From the NCBI GenBank assembly GCA_964016885.1, contig OZ024740.1:157356001-157420000 (forward strand): DNA of 64,000 nt, written 5' to 3'. The first letter of the stretch is position 1, and each line of letters starts with the position of its first letter. The position numbers were made by a program, and so were the translations under genes. Below the pieces are notes generated by a model, which ran no database searches, was not told the DNA's origin, and worked only from the letters and a program-made list of their open reading frames with translations. This document shows positions 36,023 through 49,917 of this stretch, piece by piece. Source of the stretch: Eledone cirrhosa (taxonomy: Eukaryota).

Positions 36023-38080
36023 TGGTAGTATAATAAGTAAGGCAATCAAAGATATGAAGACAGGCAAGGCAGCTGGGCCTTCGGAGATAGTTGCTGAGAT
36101 GTTGAAGGCATCTGGAATGGTGGGACATACTATGGTCACCCGTATAGTTAACCAAGTAATACAGAATGGGGTCATACCAAAAGACTGGCATAGCAGCATC
36201 ATCATTAGCTGCTACAAGGGTAAAGGAGATACTCTAGATAGAGTAAACTATAGAGGCATTAAGTTAGTTGACCAGGTCATGAAGGTCACAGAAAGAGTTA
36301 TAGCGCAACTAATCAGAGAGCGAATTGATCTAGATGAAATGCAGTTTGGGTTTGTGTCAGGTACCACAAACGCTCTTTTCCTTGTACGACAACTACAAGA
36401 GAAGTACCTAGCTAAAAGTAAACCCCTCTACTTAGCTTTTCTAGACCTGGAAAAAGCCTTTGACAGAGTCCCCCGCTCCATTATCTGGTGGGCTCTTAGA
36501 AAACTAGGTGTAGATGAATGGCTTGTGAGAGCTATACAAGCTATGTATAATGAAACAGTCAGTAAGGTTAGAATTAACAATGAATATTGTGAAGAATTTA
36601 GTGTAAAAGTTGGTGTTCACCAAGGCTCTGTCCTTAGCCCCCTCCTATTTATTATTGCCCTTCAGGCTATAACAGAGGAGTTCAAGACCGGCTGCCCATG
36701 GGAACTCCTATACGCAGATGATCTAACGCTCATAGCTGAATCAATGGCTGAACTAGAAAAGAAATTCCAAACATGGAAGCATAGCCTAGAATCAAAAGGC
36801 CTTAAAGTTAACTTGTCTAAGACTAAAGTCCTAGTTTATAGAAAGGAAAATAAGGCAGAGGTACCCTCAGGGAAATGGCCTTGCTCGGTGTGTACGAAAG
36901 GAGTAGGCAGAAATTCAATTTTATGTCCCAAATGCAAAGTATGGGTACATAAAAGATGTAGTGGGATCACAGGTAAACTATCTAAGAACGTAGACTTTAT
37001 ATGTGGCCGATGCTCAGGTGCAATAAGTAGCAAGTGTCTACAGGATACTAGCCCCTTCTATTGCCCAGATGGTTCTATAGATATAGTAGACACTTTCCGT
37101 TACCTGGGTGACAAAATCAGCAGAGGTGGAGGGTGTTCTGAAAGTACAGTAGCCAGAGTCAGAACGGGATGGAAAAAGTTCAGAGAGCTTATACCGCTGT
37201 TGGCCACAAAAGGTTTCTCTCTAAAAATGAAAGGCAGATTGTATGATGCTTGTATACGAACAGCAATGCTACATGGCAGTGAGACATTGGCATTACGTGC
37301 AGAGGACCTGCGTAGACTGGAAAGGAACGAAGCATGCATGCTCCGTCGGATGTGTAATAGTAATATACGTGAACGGCAAAGCATGAATGAACTAAGTGAG
37401 AAATTAGGAATAAGAGGGATCAGATGCTGTTTACTCAAGAGAAGACTACGTTGGTATGGCCACGTGATTCGCATGAAAGACAACAGCTGTATAAAAAAGT
37501 GCAGGGCGATCAAAATTGATGGTAGTTACGGTGTAGGTAGACCCAGAAAAGCCTGGGACGATCTGATAAATTCCGACCTTACACACTTACACCTCTCTAA
37601 GACAATGTCGCTGAACCGAGATCTTTGGCGCTACGCAGTAATACAGAAGACCCGCCTTGTCTATGTACAAAGCAAAACCTACAGTCAGTAGGCACCTCTT
37701 AACCAAATATACACCCCAATCCCACTACCCCTACCCTATCCTCCCACTCCCACCAACACCACCCCCTCTCTATAAAGTTGGTACCACAACATGTAGTCCA
37801 AATAAATGAGATAATGAGATCGAGATTGTGTAGGTGTCTCGAGAAAAAAACACACAGTCCACGCTGTAATGTGGTCGTGTAGGTAACACGGTAAAAAGTT
37901 CCCAGTTCCACACTGCTAAATGTGGTTGGTGTTAGGAAGGGCATCTAGCCGTAGAAAACCTGCCAGATAGTCCTATATGAGTGAGACATGGTCACCCGAC
38001 CAACCTTGCCTCAAGTGCGACAACTCCCGTCTAACCCATGCTAGCGTGGAAAATGGACATTAAACGAAGATGATGATGAT
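36023..38080 (+). mobile_element. 5'-truncated RTE LINE; RT with internal PHD finger (ORF 36054-37691)
   Basis: NYRGIKL, QFGF, FLDLEKAFD, GVHQGSVLSP, LLYADD, C4HC3 motif, YLG, RLRWYGH, GRPRK; (GAT)n tail. Confidence 0.93.
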
Positions 38081-38229
38081 AATGTTAACATATGTCATTT
38101 TTCAATAAATTACTGTTTGGTCCACTCTCTCATCTATTTCTCTTTTTTACTGTTTCTTTTTCTTCCACTCTCAACTTATTTCCCTCACTATTGTTCTCTC
38201 CTCAGGCCTTTAGCCCATCCTTCAATATT

Positions 38230-38435
38230 TTTTCTCTCACAAATACCAGTCGCTCTCTGACAGCTTTGCGGTTGAGCCCATGGTAGTGGATACTTCTAGT
38301 GTACTTGGCGTTAGGACCACCTCCCTGTTCACCACCATCAGCCCACATGTGTGAGTTTCTCAAGCTGGAATGGCTCTTCCAGCATGTCTCTCTCACCATC
38401 CTCCAGGAAAACGCCTTCTCCATTCTGTCTGCCAT
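38230..38435 (+). mobile_element. Degenerate CRE LINE 3' fragment
   Basis: LEWLFQHVSLTILQENAFSI. Confidence 0.7.
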
Positions 38436-38829
38436 TGCCACAGGGTGGCCAGCACGTGGGCCTCCATTTGCTCATAATAGTGAGAGATGGAGAGAGCAGG
38501 AGAGATGGAGGCAGTGACAGTGGGAGTTTGGTTCTTTTGTGTTCGGACCTTGTGTATATGAATATATTTCACGGACACAGTCATGTATGTGATACTTTGG
38601 TCAGCAGCAGACCACTTTTCTTCAGTTCAGCAACTTGACCTCATTTTTCTGACAAAACTAAAATTTGGTAATTTTTCATTTTTTCCAGTGTTAACATGTT
38701 GAAGATTTTACATGCAAAGTCTATTGTCTATTTCTGGTTGTAATTTTTTATGTATTTATCTGTTTTTGTTGAAAGACACCTGTAAATTTTCCAGTCTGTT
38801 CTTTGTTTTTCTTATCACCCACACCACAC

Positions 38830-39241
38830 CCTCCCATACATCTCCCACGAGGACAGGCCGAAGTATACATCCAGTGAAGCCCCCAGCCCACACTGTAAAG
38901 TGGTCGTGATGGTGAGACGCAAAAAATCGCCCAACCCACTGTAAAGTGATCGTGTAGGTGTCACAACAAAAAGCACCCAGCCTACACTGTAAAGTGGTTA
39001 TGTAGGTGTCACGACAAAAAGCACCTAGTCCACCCTGTAAAGTGATCATGTAGGTGTCATGACAAAATGCACCCAGTTCTCACTGTAAATGAGGTTGGTG
39101 TAGAAGCTGTAGAAACCTAGCCAAAATCAGTTCTGTATGAGCAAGACATGGTCACCTGACCTAGCATTGCCTACAACAGGACAACTCGGCTAACCCATGC
39201 TAGCATGGAAAAATGGACATAAAATGATGATGATGATGATG
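38830..39241 (+). mobile_element. RTE 3' UTR with five ~47-bp tandem units and (GAT)n tail
   Basis: Recurring CACACTGTAAAGTGGTCGTGTAGGTGTCACGACAAAAAGCACCCAG. Confidence 0.8.
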
Positions 39242-39409
39242 TTTAACATGCATCTTACCAGCAGAGTGCTTCACCAATCTGTTGTATAAACTAATATTAC
39301 AAGTATAATACCATCTTAATGTGTGAAATTGTACTCTAGCAAGGTGGCTGACAAGGTAAAAATGCAGCTATCTGTTCATCTTATGTAACTGTGCATATAC
39401 TGCTGATAT

Positions 39410-39715
39410 TCTTTCATCCTTATGGGGTCGATAAAATAAAGTACCAGTAATGTACTGGGTAATTGCTGGCCTTGTGCCTAAAGTAGAAACAATTATATAT
39501 GTATATATATAATATATATATTCAGGGTGTTGGATTGGCAGTGTCGGTAGAGGGTCGGACGCCATGCTTTGACGCACAGAGTTATAGCCTTTGCCATTCT
39601 GAGTTCAAATCCCGCCAAGGTTAAATTTGCCTTTCATCCTTATGGGGTCGATAAAATAAAGTACCAGTAATGTACTGGGTAATTGCTGGCCTTGTGCCAA
39701 AAGTAGAAACAATTA
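39410..39715 (+). mobile_element. Two tandem SINE copies (one truncated, one with head)
   Basis: Duplicated SINE core and tail. Confidence 0.85.
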
Positions 39716-39780
39716 TATATGTATATATATCATCACTGTTTAACATCTGTTTTCCACCTTATTAGGTTAGCCAGGTCAGG

Positions 39781-42700
39781 GGACCACACACACACATAGA
39801 CAAATGCCCAAAACTCCGAGTTGGTACCATCAATGTAGGCTCAATGAAAGGAAGAGCAGGAGAAATCGTAGAAATGCTAGAGCGAAAGGAAATTGTTGTA
39901 TGCTGTGTGCAAGAGACTAGATGGAGAGGAGAGTCTGCTAGAGTCCTTGTAGGAAAAAGTCGGTGCTACAAATTTTTCTGGGTGGGAAATGACGATGGGA
40001 TGGGTGGTGTAGGTATACTACTAGCTGACAAGTGGGTAGATAAAGTAATCAGCTTACGCACCCCAATTGGGGCTGCCAGACGAACTTAAGGATAGGTTTT
40101 ACGAGTCCCTAATGCACACTACTGCTCTAACAGACGACAATGACTTCCTAATCATCACAGGAGATTTTAACGGACACGTAGGTAAACACTGCAATGGCTT
40201 CAATAGAGTCCATGGAGGCCATGGGCTTGGCACAAGAAATGAGGAAGGATTCAGACTTCTAGAATTCTGCGATGCCAATGACATGTCGATATGTAACACA
40301 AACTTAAAAAAACCCGACAACCACCTGATCACCTATAGATCAGGGGAGCACTCTAGTCAGATGGATTTTATCTTCATCAGAGGACGTGACAGATGGACGG
40401 TCGTAAACACAAAAGCCTTCCCTAGTGAGGAATGTACATCCCAACATAGCTTAGTTGTCAGCGACCTCACAGTCAGAACTAGACGGACCTGGAAACAGAG
40501 GCCAACCTGGAGAAGAAAGATCTGGAAGCTGAAAGACCCCTCAACTAGTAACAGATTTAAAGATATTTTACTCAACACCGACGACAGTAAAGAAGAACAG
40601 ATAGAGACATTCAATGTAGAAGAGAACTGGGAGTTCCTAAAAAATAACTTACTAGAGGCGAAGGATGAGGTCTGTGGCTGGAGTAAGACCTCAAGCAGGA
40701 GGAGAGTGACTTGGTGGTGGAACAATAAGGTAGATGAGGCAATTAAGGCCAAGAGACAGGCATGGAAAGAATGGAAGAACGGGGGAGCAGGGTACATTAC
40801 ATAGAGACCAAGAGGGAAGCTAGGCGACAAGTATACTTAGCTAGGAGGGAAGCAGAGGATAGAAATTTCAAGCATGTTTTGCAACGTGAGGACCAGAAAC
40901 AGGTGTTCAAGATTGCGAGGCAGTGTGTCAGAGAGAGTTGTGATGTCATTGGAGAGAAGTGTATCCAGAATGATAAAGGTGAGCTTGCCCTCACAAGTGT
41001 TGAGAAGAAAGATGCATGGAAGAGTCATTATGATAGATTACTAAATGAGGAGAATGCATGGGAAGAAGAGACCCTACCCCAAGTAGACCCTATAGAGGGG
41101 CCAGCAGTACAAGTCAGCAGCAACGTAGTAAGTAAGGCAATCAAAGATATGAAGATGGCGAAGGCAACTGGTCCATCGGGTATAGCTGCCGAAATGCTGA
41201 AGGCATCTGGGTCTGTAGGTCACACTATAACCACACGTATTGTTAACCAGGTGATACTAGAAGGTGTCATACCAAAAGATTGGTGCAGTAGCATCATTGT
41301 CAACTGCTACAAAGGTAAAGGTGATGCACTAGATAGAGGAAACTATAGAGGTATAAAGCTGATGGACCAGGTCATGAAAGTAACAGAAAGAGTTATAGCA
41401 CAGTTGATTAGGGACCGGGTGAAACTAGATGAGATGCAATTTGGGTTTGTACCAGGAAGAGGCACCACTGATGCCCTCTTCCTTGTGAGGCAGTTACAGG
41501 AAAAGTACCTAGCTAAAAGTAAGCCACTCTACCTGGCATTTGTCGACCTTGAGAAAGCCTTTGACAGAGTTCCACGTGCTGTAATCTGGTGGGCTCTTAG
41601 AAAACTAGGAGTAGATGAATGGCTTGTGAAAGCGGTACAAGCCATGTATAGGGGAGCAGTCAGCAAAGTTAGGATTAGCAATGAGTATAGCGAGGAATTT
41701 AGCGTACTGGTTGGGGTCCACCAGGGCTCTGTTCTTAGCCCCCTCCTGTTCATCATAGTCCTGCAGGCAATAACGGAGGGGTTTAAGACCGGTTGCCCAT
41801 GGGATCTCCTGTATGCTGATGACCTCGCACTTATAGCTGAATCTATGGTAGAACTAGAGAATAAATTCCAAACTTGGAAGCAGGGACTAGAAATAAAGGG
41901 TCTCAAAGTCAACATGGCAAAGACTACGGTCCTTGTAAATAGACGAGAAAACAGAACCCAGATCCCCTCAGGGAAATGGCCTTGCTCAGTATGTAGGAAA
42001 GGTGTAGGTAGGAACTCCATTCTCTGCCCCAAATGCAAACAATGGGTACACAAGAGATGTAGTGGGATCTCAGGAAGCTTAATTAAGAATGTAGGCTTCA
42101 CATGCAGCAGCTGTGCTGGGACAGCAAGCAGCAAACAGCCACAGGAAACAAGTACCACCAATCTCTGGGAGGGCTCTGTAGAAACAGTAGACAGCTTCTG
42201 CTACCTAGGTGACCGAATTAGCAGCGGAGGTGGGTGTTCAGAAAGTACAATAACTAGGGTAAGAACGGGATGGAAGAAGTTTAGGGAACTACTACCACTG
42301 CTAGCTGCAAAAGGCTTCTCCCTCAAAATGAAAGGCAGACTGTATGATGCGTGTATCCGAACAGCGATGTTGCATGGTAGTGAGACCTGGGCGCTGAAGG
42401 TGGAAGACTTACGTAGATTAGAGAGAAACGAAGCCTGCATGCTCCAATGGATGTTTAACAGTAATATACATGAACGACAAAGCATAAATGAATTGAGAGA
42501 GAGACTGAGCATAAGAGGAATCAAATGCTGTGTGCAGGAGAGGCGGTTGCGCTGGTATGGACATGTGATGCGTATGAAGGATGACAGCTGCATAAAAAGG
42601 TGCAGAGCACTAGAAGTTGATGGAAACCGCGGAGTGGGGAGACCCAAGATGACTTGGGATGAGGTGATAAAAGCCGACCTTACCCAATCACACCGCTCAA

Positions 42701-43098
42701 AGGCAATGACACACAACCGTGACCTCTGGCGTCACGCAGTAATACAGAGTACCCAACCTCCCATGGGTACAATCTGAAGCATATAGACAATATGCCCCCA
42801 CACCCCCACCGCAAGGTGGTCGTGGAGGTGCCACGGCAAAAAAGCACCCAGCCCACACTGTAAAGTGGACATGTAGGCGCCACGGAAAAAGCACCCCAGC
42901 ACTCACTGTAAATGAGGTTGGTGTTAGGAAGGGCATCCAGCTGTAGAAATCAAGCCAAATCAGTTCCTGTATGAGCAAGGCATGGTCAGCCGACCAGACA
43001 CTGCCCACAACAGGACAACCCGTCTAACCCATGCTAGCATGGAAGAACGGACGTAAAACGGTGATGATGATGAGGATGATGATGATGATGATGATGAT
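39781..43098 (+). mobile_element. Near-full-length RTE LINE (APE endonuclease + RT with PHD), frameshifted
   Basis: GTINVGSM, CVQETRW, GDFNGH, DF, SQHSLV; ORF 40762-42777; (GAT)n tail. Confidence 0.93.
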
Positions 43099-43261
43099 AA
43101 ATGACAGGCTTCCAAGTTTCGCTTTCAAGGTATTTATCAGCCTGAGGTTATAGGAGAAGACACTTCTTCACAGTCATGCTGTAGGACTGACATGAAAACC
43201 TCATGGTTGTGAACCAAGCTTCTTAACTATACTGCCAGTATTTAAAGAAAAATAAGAGTAT

Positions 43262-44813
43262 TTGATAGAGAAGGTAAATGAATGTGTTATAGACTGGACC
43301 CCATTGGGAGGGAGATTTTACCTCTTGAAGCTTAGGCTGAAAGATAGTTCTTTGTGGGTAGTGCAAGTTTATGCACCAAACAAGGAGTCCGAATACAAAT
43401 CCTTCCTTGAAGAAGTCACTGCAGTGTTAGATGGAAAACTTGTTAGATGAAAAGCACATGTTGACACTAACCACCTAACATGGAAAGCAAGATTTGAAGG
43501 AACAGCGATATTGATCCAAATACATATGGAAAGGCCATATTAGACCTCTGTTCTAGCAATGGACTATCTATTATGAACACCTTCTTCAGCACAGAGACAT
43601 CCAGAAATATACATGGTATAAGGGGAATCAGGGACAAAGATAAATAATTGATTTTATTATTGTCTCTGATCTCTTTGATTCTGTGCTGGATGTACATGTT
43701 AAGAGAGGGGCTGAGCTGTCAACTGATCACTATCTAGTTATCTGAAACTTGAGACTACCTAAAACCAAAGAAGCCCACAAAACTGGCAAGTCCATGGCAA
43801 CCTACAGGATAAAGTGGGAAGCATTGGTGGATAAAGAAGTCAGGACCAGGTATGTAGATACTATTGCATCCAAATTCAGAGAATCCCTGAGCAAACTGGG
43901 GACATTGAAACAGAGTGGAGATTGTTCAGCTCCAAAGTTTCTGCTTCAGCTGTTAAATGCTGTGGGCAAAAGAGACTTGGCGTGGCGTTGGATGGCAGGA
44001 TGACCCCTTGGTTCAATCAAGCAGTCAAAGATGCCATCCGAGCAAAGAAGGAAGCTACAAAGCTTGTCTTGGAAATAAGTCCACCTCCTTGCCTGTGTGG
44101 TAGAAGCAGACATGAAGAATCACAGCAGAGAGTGTAAAGGTGTCCAAAGTTAAGACATGGGAGGACTTTGGGGTTAAGCTGACATCCGACTTTAGATCAG
44201 CAAATAAAGTGTTCTGGCAGACCATACACCGACTTCATAATATGAAACCCTCCTCCACACCTGCTACCAGGAACGCATCTGGGTTCTCCTTTATTCAGAG
44301 AGGTGCATCCTAAGGAGGTGATGATAATACATTGCTGAACTCCTAAACTCAATCACAACAGCATCTTCTGATGTACTTGAAGTGTATCTGGGAGCGGTGA
44401 CTAATCTCTCAGAGGCTGAGGTCACAAGAGCAGTTAAAGGGTTCAAATGTGGCAAGGCCATGCGGAATGATGAATTCCTGTCCGAGATGGTAAAATCCTT
44501 AAATAGGGAATGTATTCTCTGGCTGACTCGTGTGTTCTGTGTGGCCTGGATTTCTGGAAAGGCACCTAACAAATGGCAATTTGGAGTGATTTTCAAAAAG
44601 GGAGACGAGAGATTTGTTCCAATTACAAAGGGATCCCCTTGTTACGCCTCCCCAGTAAAGTCTATGATAAGTGTCTGGAAAAGAGATATAGGAGGATTGT
44701 TGTGTCCAAGCTAACTGATGAACCATGCAGTTTTCACCCTCGACAACATAGCTGACCAAATATTCACACTGTGGCAGGTCTTTGAGAAATTGTGGGAGTA
44801 TTGCCAAGAGATA
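43262..44813 (+). mobile_element. Degenerate RTE (Expander/Rex3-like) LINE, 5' part
   Basis: VQVYAPN, ELSTDHYLV, TPWFNQAVK, DQIFTL..FEKLWEY; continues at 49918. Confidence 0.8.
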
Positions 44814-47800
44814 TGTAGTGACCTACATTGCGCGGGCTCAGCAACTTCGCCCATGTCAGACTTTATCTGTTTTCTGTTAGACCCCTGGTGGTCACGTATA
44901 AACTACAAAACAGCTAGTCATTTGACACAGTGGCTCAACACGGCCCTTAGCGCTTCATTTTTCTTCTTGCATGCATCCTTCTGTTCAATTATTTTTTCAC
45001 TGATGTGCTCTTTCAGCATTTTACCTGCTGATTCAATAATCTGTATCGTCTCACGACTAGGAGGGGGGTATTGCAGTGACCTATATTCCGCGGGCTCGCA
45101 TGCATTCTCCGTGCATTATTTGGCTCAGCCCAGCCAATGACTGCCAGCGGAGGAGAATGTATCTCTACGCGCCCTGAGGAAAAAATTCCTGTGTTGATTT
45201 GAGAAATCTCTCTCTTGCATCCTGACCTCAAAAAGGTAAACAATTAACTTTCTTTCGTCGTGAAATCACTAGCCAGCATGTAACACAACAACTTAACCAT
45301 GGCCTGGCAACACTTCAGCCAGTGGACCGTGCCTTCTGAAATTCTGAATTCGTTTGTTTTATTACTCTTGGCCTGCCTGCTCTACACAGCTCAACCTTGT
45401 TAATAAATAATGTAAAACAAGCTAAAGTCGTTGTCGATGTTCTTACCACATCTTACTACCAAACTAATTACTTGTGGCGCTACTAACTATAACACATCTT
45501 AACTGCTAAGTGTGATATGGAAGGATTCCTTCCAGATGTATTATCACAGCAACACGGAACCTAAGACTTACAGCCTAACCTCAATTCTTTGTGGTGATAC
45601 ATCTACTCTTAAAACCAACCTGTTAAAACTGGTGACCTTCGACGCAGGAGTATTTAGGCATGAAATGCTCCTTTACAATATATTTTATATACTGTCTGAC
45701 TGTTCTAAATAATCTTCTCCACGCTTGTTCTAAATAATCTTCTCGCTACCATTTTGGCCGAAAATTTTTCCAGGATTCATAAAAATGGCTTCTCTCGACC
45801 CTCTATATCGCTATCACCCTCCCTCTCTCTATCATATACGTGCCGTCTCTATCATAACACGTCCCTCTCTCTATCTCTCTCTCTCACTCCCTATTCGCAC
45901 CAAATATAAATAAACCTGTTACGAGAGACAAATCTCAGAATTTGTTAACTCTTATTAATGGTCAGTCCACTTCTACGAACTTCTACGAAATGTAATGTAA
46001 AAATACCATTTTCTTCTTACCTCCCCACCCTTCGGTTCATTCATCCATATATCTGTATAATCGCCCAGAATCGAAATCTACTTCTTAATTGCTATTCTAT
46101 AGTTCTGTCTGACTGTTCTAAATAATCTTCTCCACACTTGTTCTAAATAATCTTCTCCTCGCTAACTACCCCATACCCCTCCCGCCCGCCCCCACTCTCC
46201 ACCTTTATTATTTGGACCAATCACAAGTCAACGGCCTATGCTATCACTTCTGGGTGCTTTTCGATATGATGGATGGATTAAGGAATTTCTGGAGAGTCTG
46301 AAGAATATGGACACTCGAAGACAAATGCCAAAGATAACGACAAATTCACCTCATGCTGCCGGACGAAAAGGCAAGGCCCCCTCCTCTTTGTTGCGGGCGC
46401 GGATGGCCAACATAACCCCAACCCCATCCCCCTCACCCCTCCCTGCGTCTCACCCACCAAACGCAATCCAAAACTTCAGAGTTGGTACCATAAATGTAGG
46501 CACCTTAAAAGGCCGCTCTAACGAGGTTGTAGAAATGCTTGAACGTAAGGAGGTTGATGTTTGCTGTATGCAAGAGACCAGGTGGCGGGGTGGGTCTGCT
46601 AGATTCATTGTGGGTAAAAAATGATGCTATAAGCTTTTCTGGGTGGGAAATGACAATGGGCTGGGTGGGGTAGGAATCATGTTAGCAGAAAAATGGGTGG
46701 ATAAGATAATAGACGTAAATAGAGTGAATGACAGAATAATTAAAATAAGACTTGTTCTAAATAGAACTACTGTGACAGTAATATCTGCGTACGCGCCCCA
46801 ATCCCGACTGCCTGCGCTATAAAAGACAGATTCTATGAGACACTGATGCTCACTACCTCCCAAATAACCGACAGTGACTATATAATTATTGCTGGCAACC
46901 TAAATGGTCACGTTGGACAACATTGTGACGGTTATGACGGAATCCACGGAGGCTATGGGTTTGGTACTAGAAATGAGGAAGGCTCCAGAATCCTGGAATT
47001 CTGTGACGCAAATAACCTAACTATCTGTAACACTAACTTAAAAAAATAAGACAATCACTTGATCACCTACAGATCAGGGGAACATACCAGCCAGGTAGAT
47101 TATATCCTTACCAGAAGACGTGACAGAGTGTCTGTTGTAAACACTAAATCCCTCCCCCATGAAGAATGCACCTCCCAACATAGATTGATAATTAGCGACC
47201 CCATAGTCAGGACGAGACGTACTCGACAGCAGAAGAGGACTATCCTCAGGAGAAAAATATGGAAGCTAAAGGACCCCACAGCCAGAAATAAATTTAAAAG
47301 CATATTACTTGATACTTTCGACAGTAAGGAAGAGCATTTAGAGTCGTACAATATAAAGGAACAGTGGGAATTCCTGAAAGCAAACCTGCTGATGGCGGCA
47401 GACGAAGTCTGTGGCTGGAGCAGGCCTATAGGCAGGAGGAGAGTAACATGGTGGTGGAACAGTAAGGTGGAGGAGTCAATTAAGGCCAAAAAGCAGGCTT
47501 GGAAAGTATGGCGGGATGGAGGAAGTAGAGAAGACTATCAAGTGGCCAGGAGGGAAGCTAGGAGACAAGTGTACTTCGCAAGAAGGGGAAGCAGAGGAAA
47601 GAAAGTTCAAGCATGTTCTACAACGCGAGGACCAAAAACGTGAGGTGTTCAGGATTGCTAGGCAATGTGTCAAGGAAAACCGTGATATTGTCGGGGAGAA
47701 GTGTGTCCTTAATGATGATAGTGTACTTGCCATCACTGATGCTGATAAGAAGGTAGCTTGGAAGTGTCACTACGAAAGGCTACTAAATGAGGGGAATAAA

Positions 47801-49917
47801 TGGGAGAAAGACACTCCCCCACATTCACCCAATAGAGGGACCAGCAGTGTTAATCGAAGGTAGTATAATAAGCAAGGCAATCAAAGATATGAAGACGGGT
47901 AAGGTGGCTGGGCCTTCGGAAATAGTTGCTGAAATGCTGAAAGCTTCTGGAACGGTGGGACACATCATGGTCACCCGGATAGTAAACCAAGTCATACAGA
48001 ATGGGGTCGTTCCGAAGGACTGGCGTAGCAGCATCATCATTAACTGCTACAAGGATAAAGGAGATGCCCTAGATAGGAGTAACTATAGAGGCATTAAATT
48101 AATCAACCAGGTCATGAAGGTCACAGAAAAAGTAATAGCGCAACTAATCAGAGAGAGAATTGATCTAGATGAAATGCAGTTCGGGTTTGTGTCAGGTAAA
48201 AGTACCACAGACGCTCTTTTCATTGTACGACTACTACAGGAGGAGTACCTAGCTAAAAGTAAACCCCTATACTTAGCTTTTGTCGACTTGGAGAAAGCCT
48301 TCGACAGAGTCCCCCGTTCCATTATCTGGTGGGCTCTTAGAAAACTAGGTGTTGGTGAATGGCTTGTGAGAGCTATACAAGCCATGTATAAAGAAACAGT
48401 CAGCAAGGTTAGAATTAACAACGAATATAGTGAAGAGTTTAGCGTAAAAGTTGGTGTCCATCAGGGCTCTGTTCTTAGCCCCTACTATTTATTATTGCTG
48501 TTCAGGCTATAACAGTGGAGTTCAAGACCGGCTGCCCATGGGAACTCCTATACGCAGATGATCTAATGCTCATAGCTGAATCAATGGCCGAACTAGAGAA
48601 GAAATTTCAAACATGGAAGCATGGCTTAGAATCAAAAGGCCTTAAAATTAACCTGTCTAAGAGTAAAGTTCTAGTTTGTAGGAAGGAAAATAGGGCACCG
48701 GTCCCATCCGGGAAATGGCCATGCTCAGTGTGTAGGAAAGGAGTAGGTAGAAACTCCATTTTATGTCCCAAATGCAAAGTATGGGTGCATAAAAGATGTA
48801 GTGGGATCACAGGTAAGCTAACTAAGAACATAGATTTTATATGTTACTGGTGCTCTGGTGCAATAAGTAGCAGCAAGTGCCCACAGAATACTAGCTCATT
48901 CCATTGCACAGATGGTTCTATAGAAATAGTGGACAGCTTCCGTTACCTGGGTGACAAAATCAGCAGTGGGGGAGGGTGGTCTGAAAGTACAGTAGCTAGA
49001 GTCAGAACTGGATGGAAAAAGTTCAGAGAGCTTATACCACTATTAGCCGCTAAAGGGTTCTCTCTAAAAATGAAAGGCAGGCTGTATGATGCCTGCATAC
49101 GAACAGCAATGTTACATGGCAGTGAGACCTGGGCATTGTGTGCAGAGGATATACGCAGACTGGAGAGGAACGAAGCTTGCATGCTCCGCTGGATGTGTAA
49201 TAGTAATATACGTGAACGGCAAAGCATAAACGAACTAAGGGAAAAATTAGAAATAAGAGGGATCAGATGTTGTTTACTCGAGAGAAGACTACGTTGGTAT
49301 GGTCACGTGATGCGCATGAAAGACGACAGCTGTATAAAAAAGTGCAGGGCAATAAAAATAGACGGTAGCCACGGAGTAGGCAGACCCAGAAAAACCTGGG
49401 ATGACTTGATAAATTCCGACCTCACACACTTACACCTCTTCAAGACAATGTCACTGGACCGAGATCTTTGGTGCTACACAGTAATAGAGAAGACCCGCCT
49501 TACCTAAGTACAAAGTGAAACCTACTACAGTCAGTAGGCACCTCTAACAAAATACACCCCATCCCACTACCCCCACCCCATCCACACCACCCCTTTCAAT
49601 GTAAAGTTACGTTGGTACTACAACATCCAGTCCGAAACAAATGAGGTTGTGTAGGTGTCACGACAAAAAAACACACAGTCCACGCTGTAATGTGGCTGTG
49701 TAGGTCACACGGTAAAATCCTCCCAGTTCCACACTGTAAATGTGGTTGGTGTTAGGAAGGGCATCCAGCCGTAGAAAACGCACCAGATAGTCCTATGCGA
49801 GCAAGACAACCACTCTTGCCTCAAGTGGGAAAACTCCCGTCCAAACCCATGCAAGCGTGAAATATGGACGTTAAACGATGATGATGATGATTTACATCAA
49901 CCCAGCATTCTGTTAAA
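44814..49917 (+). mobile_element. Composite LTR-type insertion with 4-bp TSD GATA, containing an RTE LINE
   Basis: GATA at 44810-44813 and 49918-49921; removing the insert restores QEIYSCFVDL in the host LINE. PPT at 45059-45068 precedes an LTR start at 45072; PBS-like TGGTGACCTTCGAC at 45630. Confidence 0.7.
45693..49890 (+). mobile_element. Full-length but inactivated RTE LINE (5' UTR, APE, RT with PHD, 3' UTR)
   Basis: ORF pieces 46238-49507 with stops and frameshifts; 5' UTR homologous to 57210-57917; (GAT)n tail. Confidence 0.92.

Noticed and set aside
38880-39090. CRISPR-like regular repeats (also 53110-53480)
   Set aside because: Contiguous degenerate tandem units with no unique spacers, inside LINE 3' UTRs in eukaryotic DNA; no cas genes.
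40357-42716. Long minus-strand ORFs opposite RTE ORFs
   Set aside because: Antisense shadows of coding LINE sequence.
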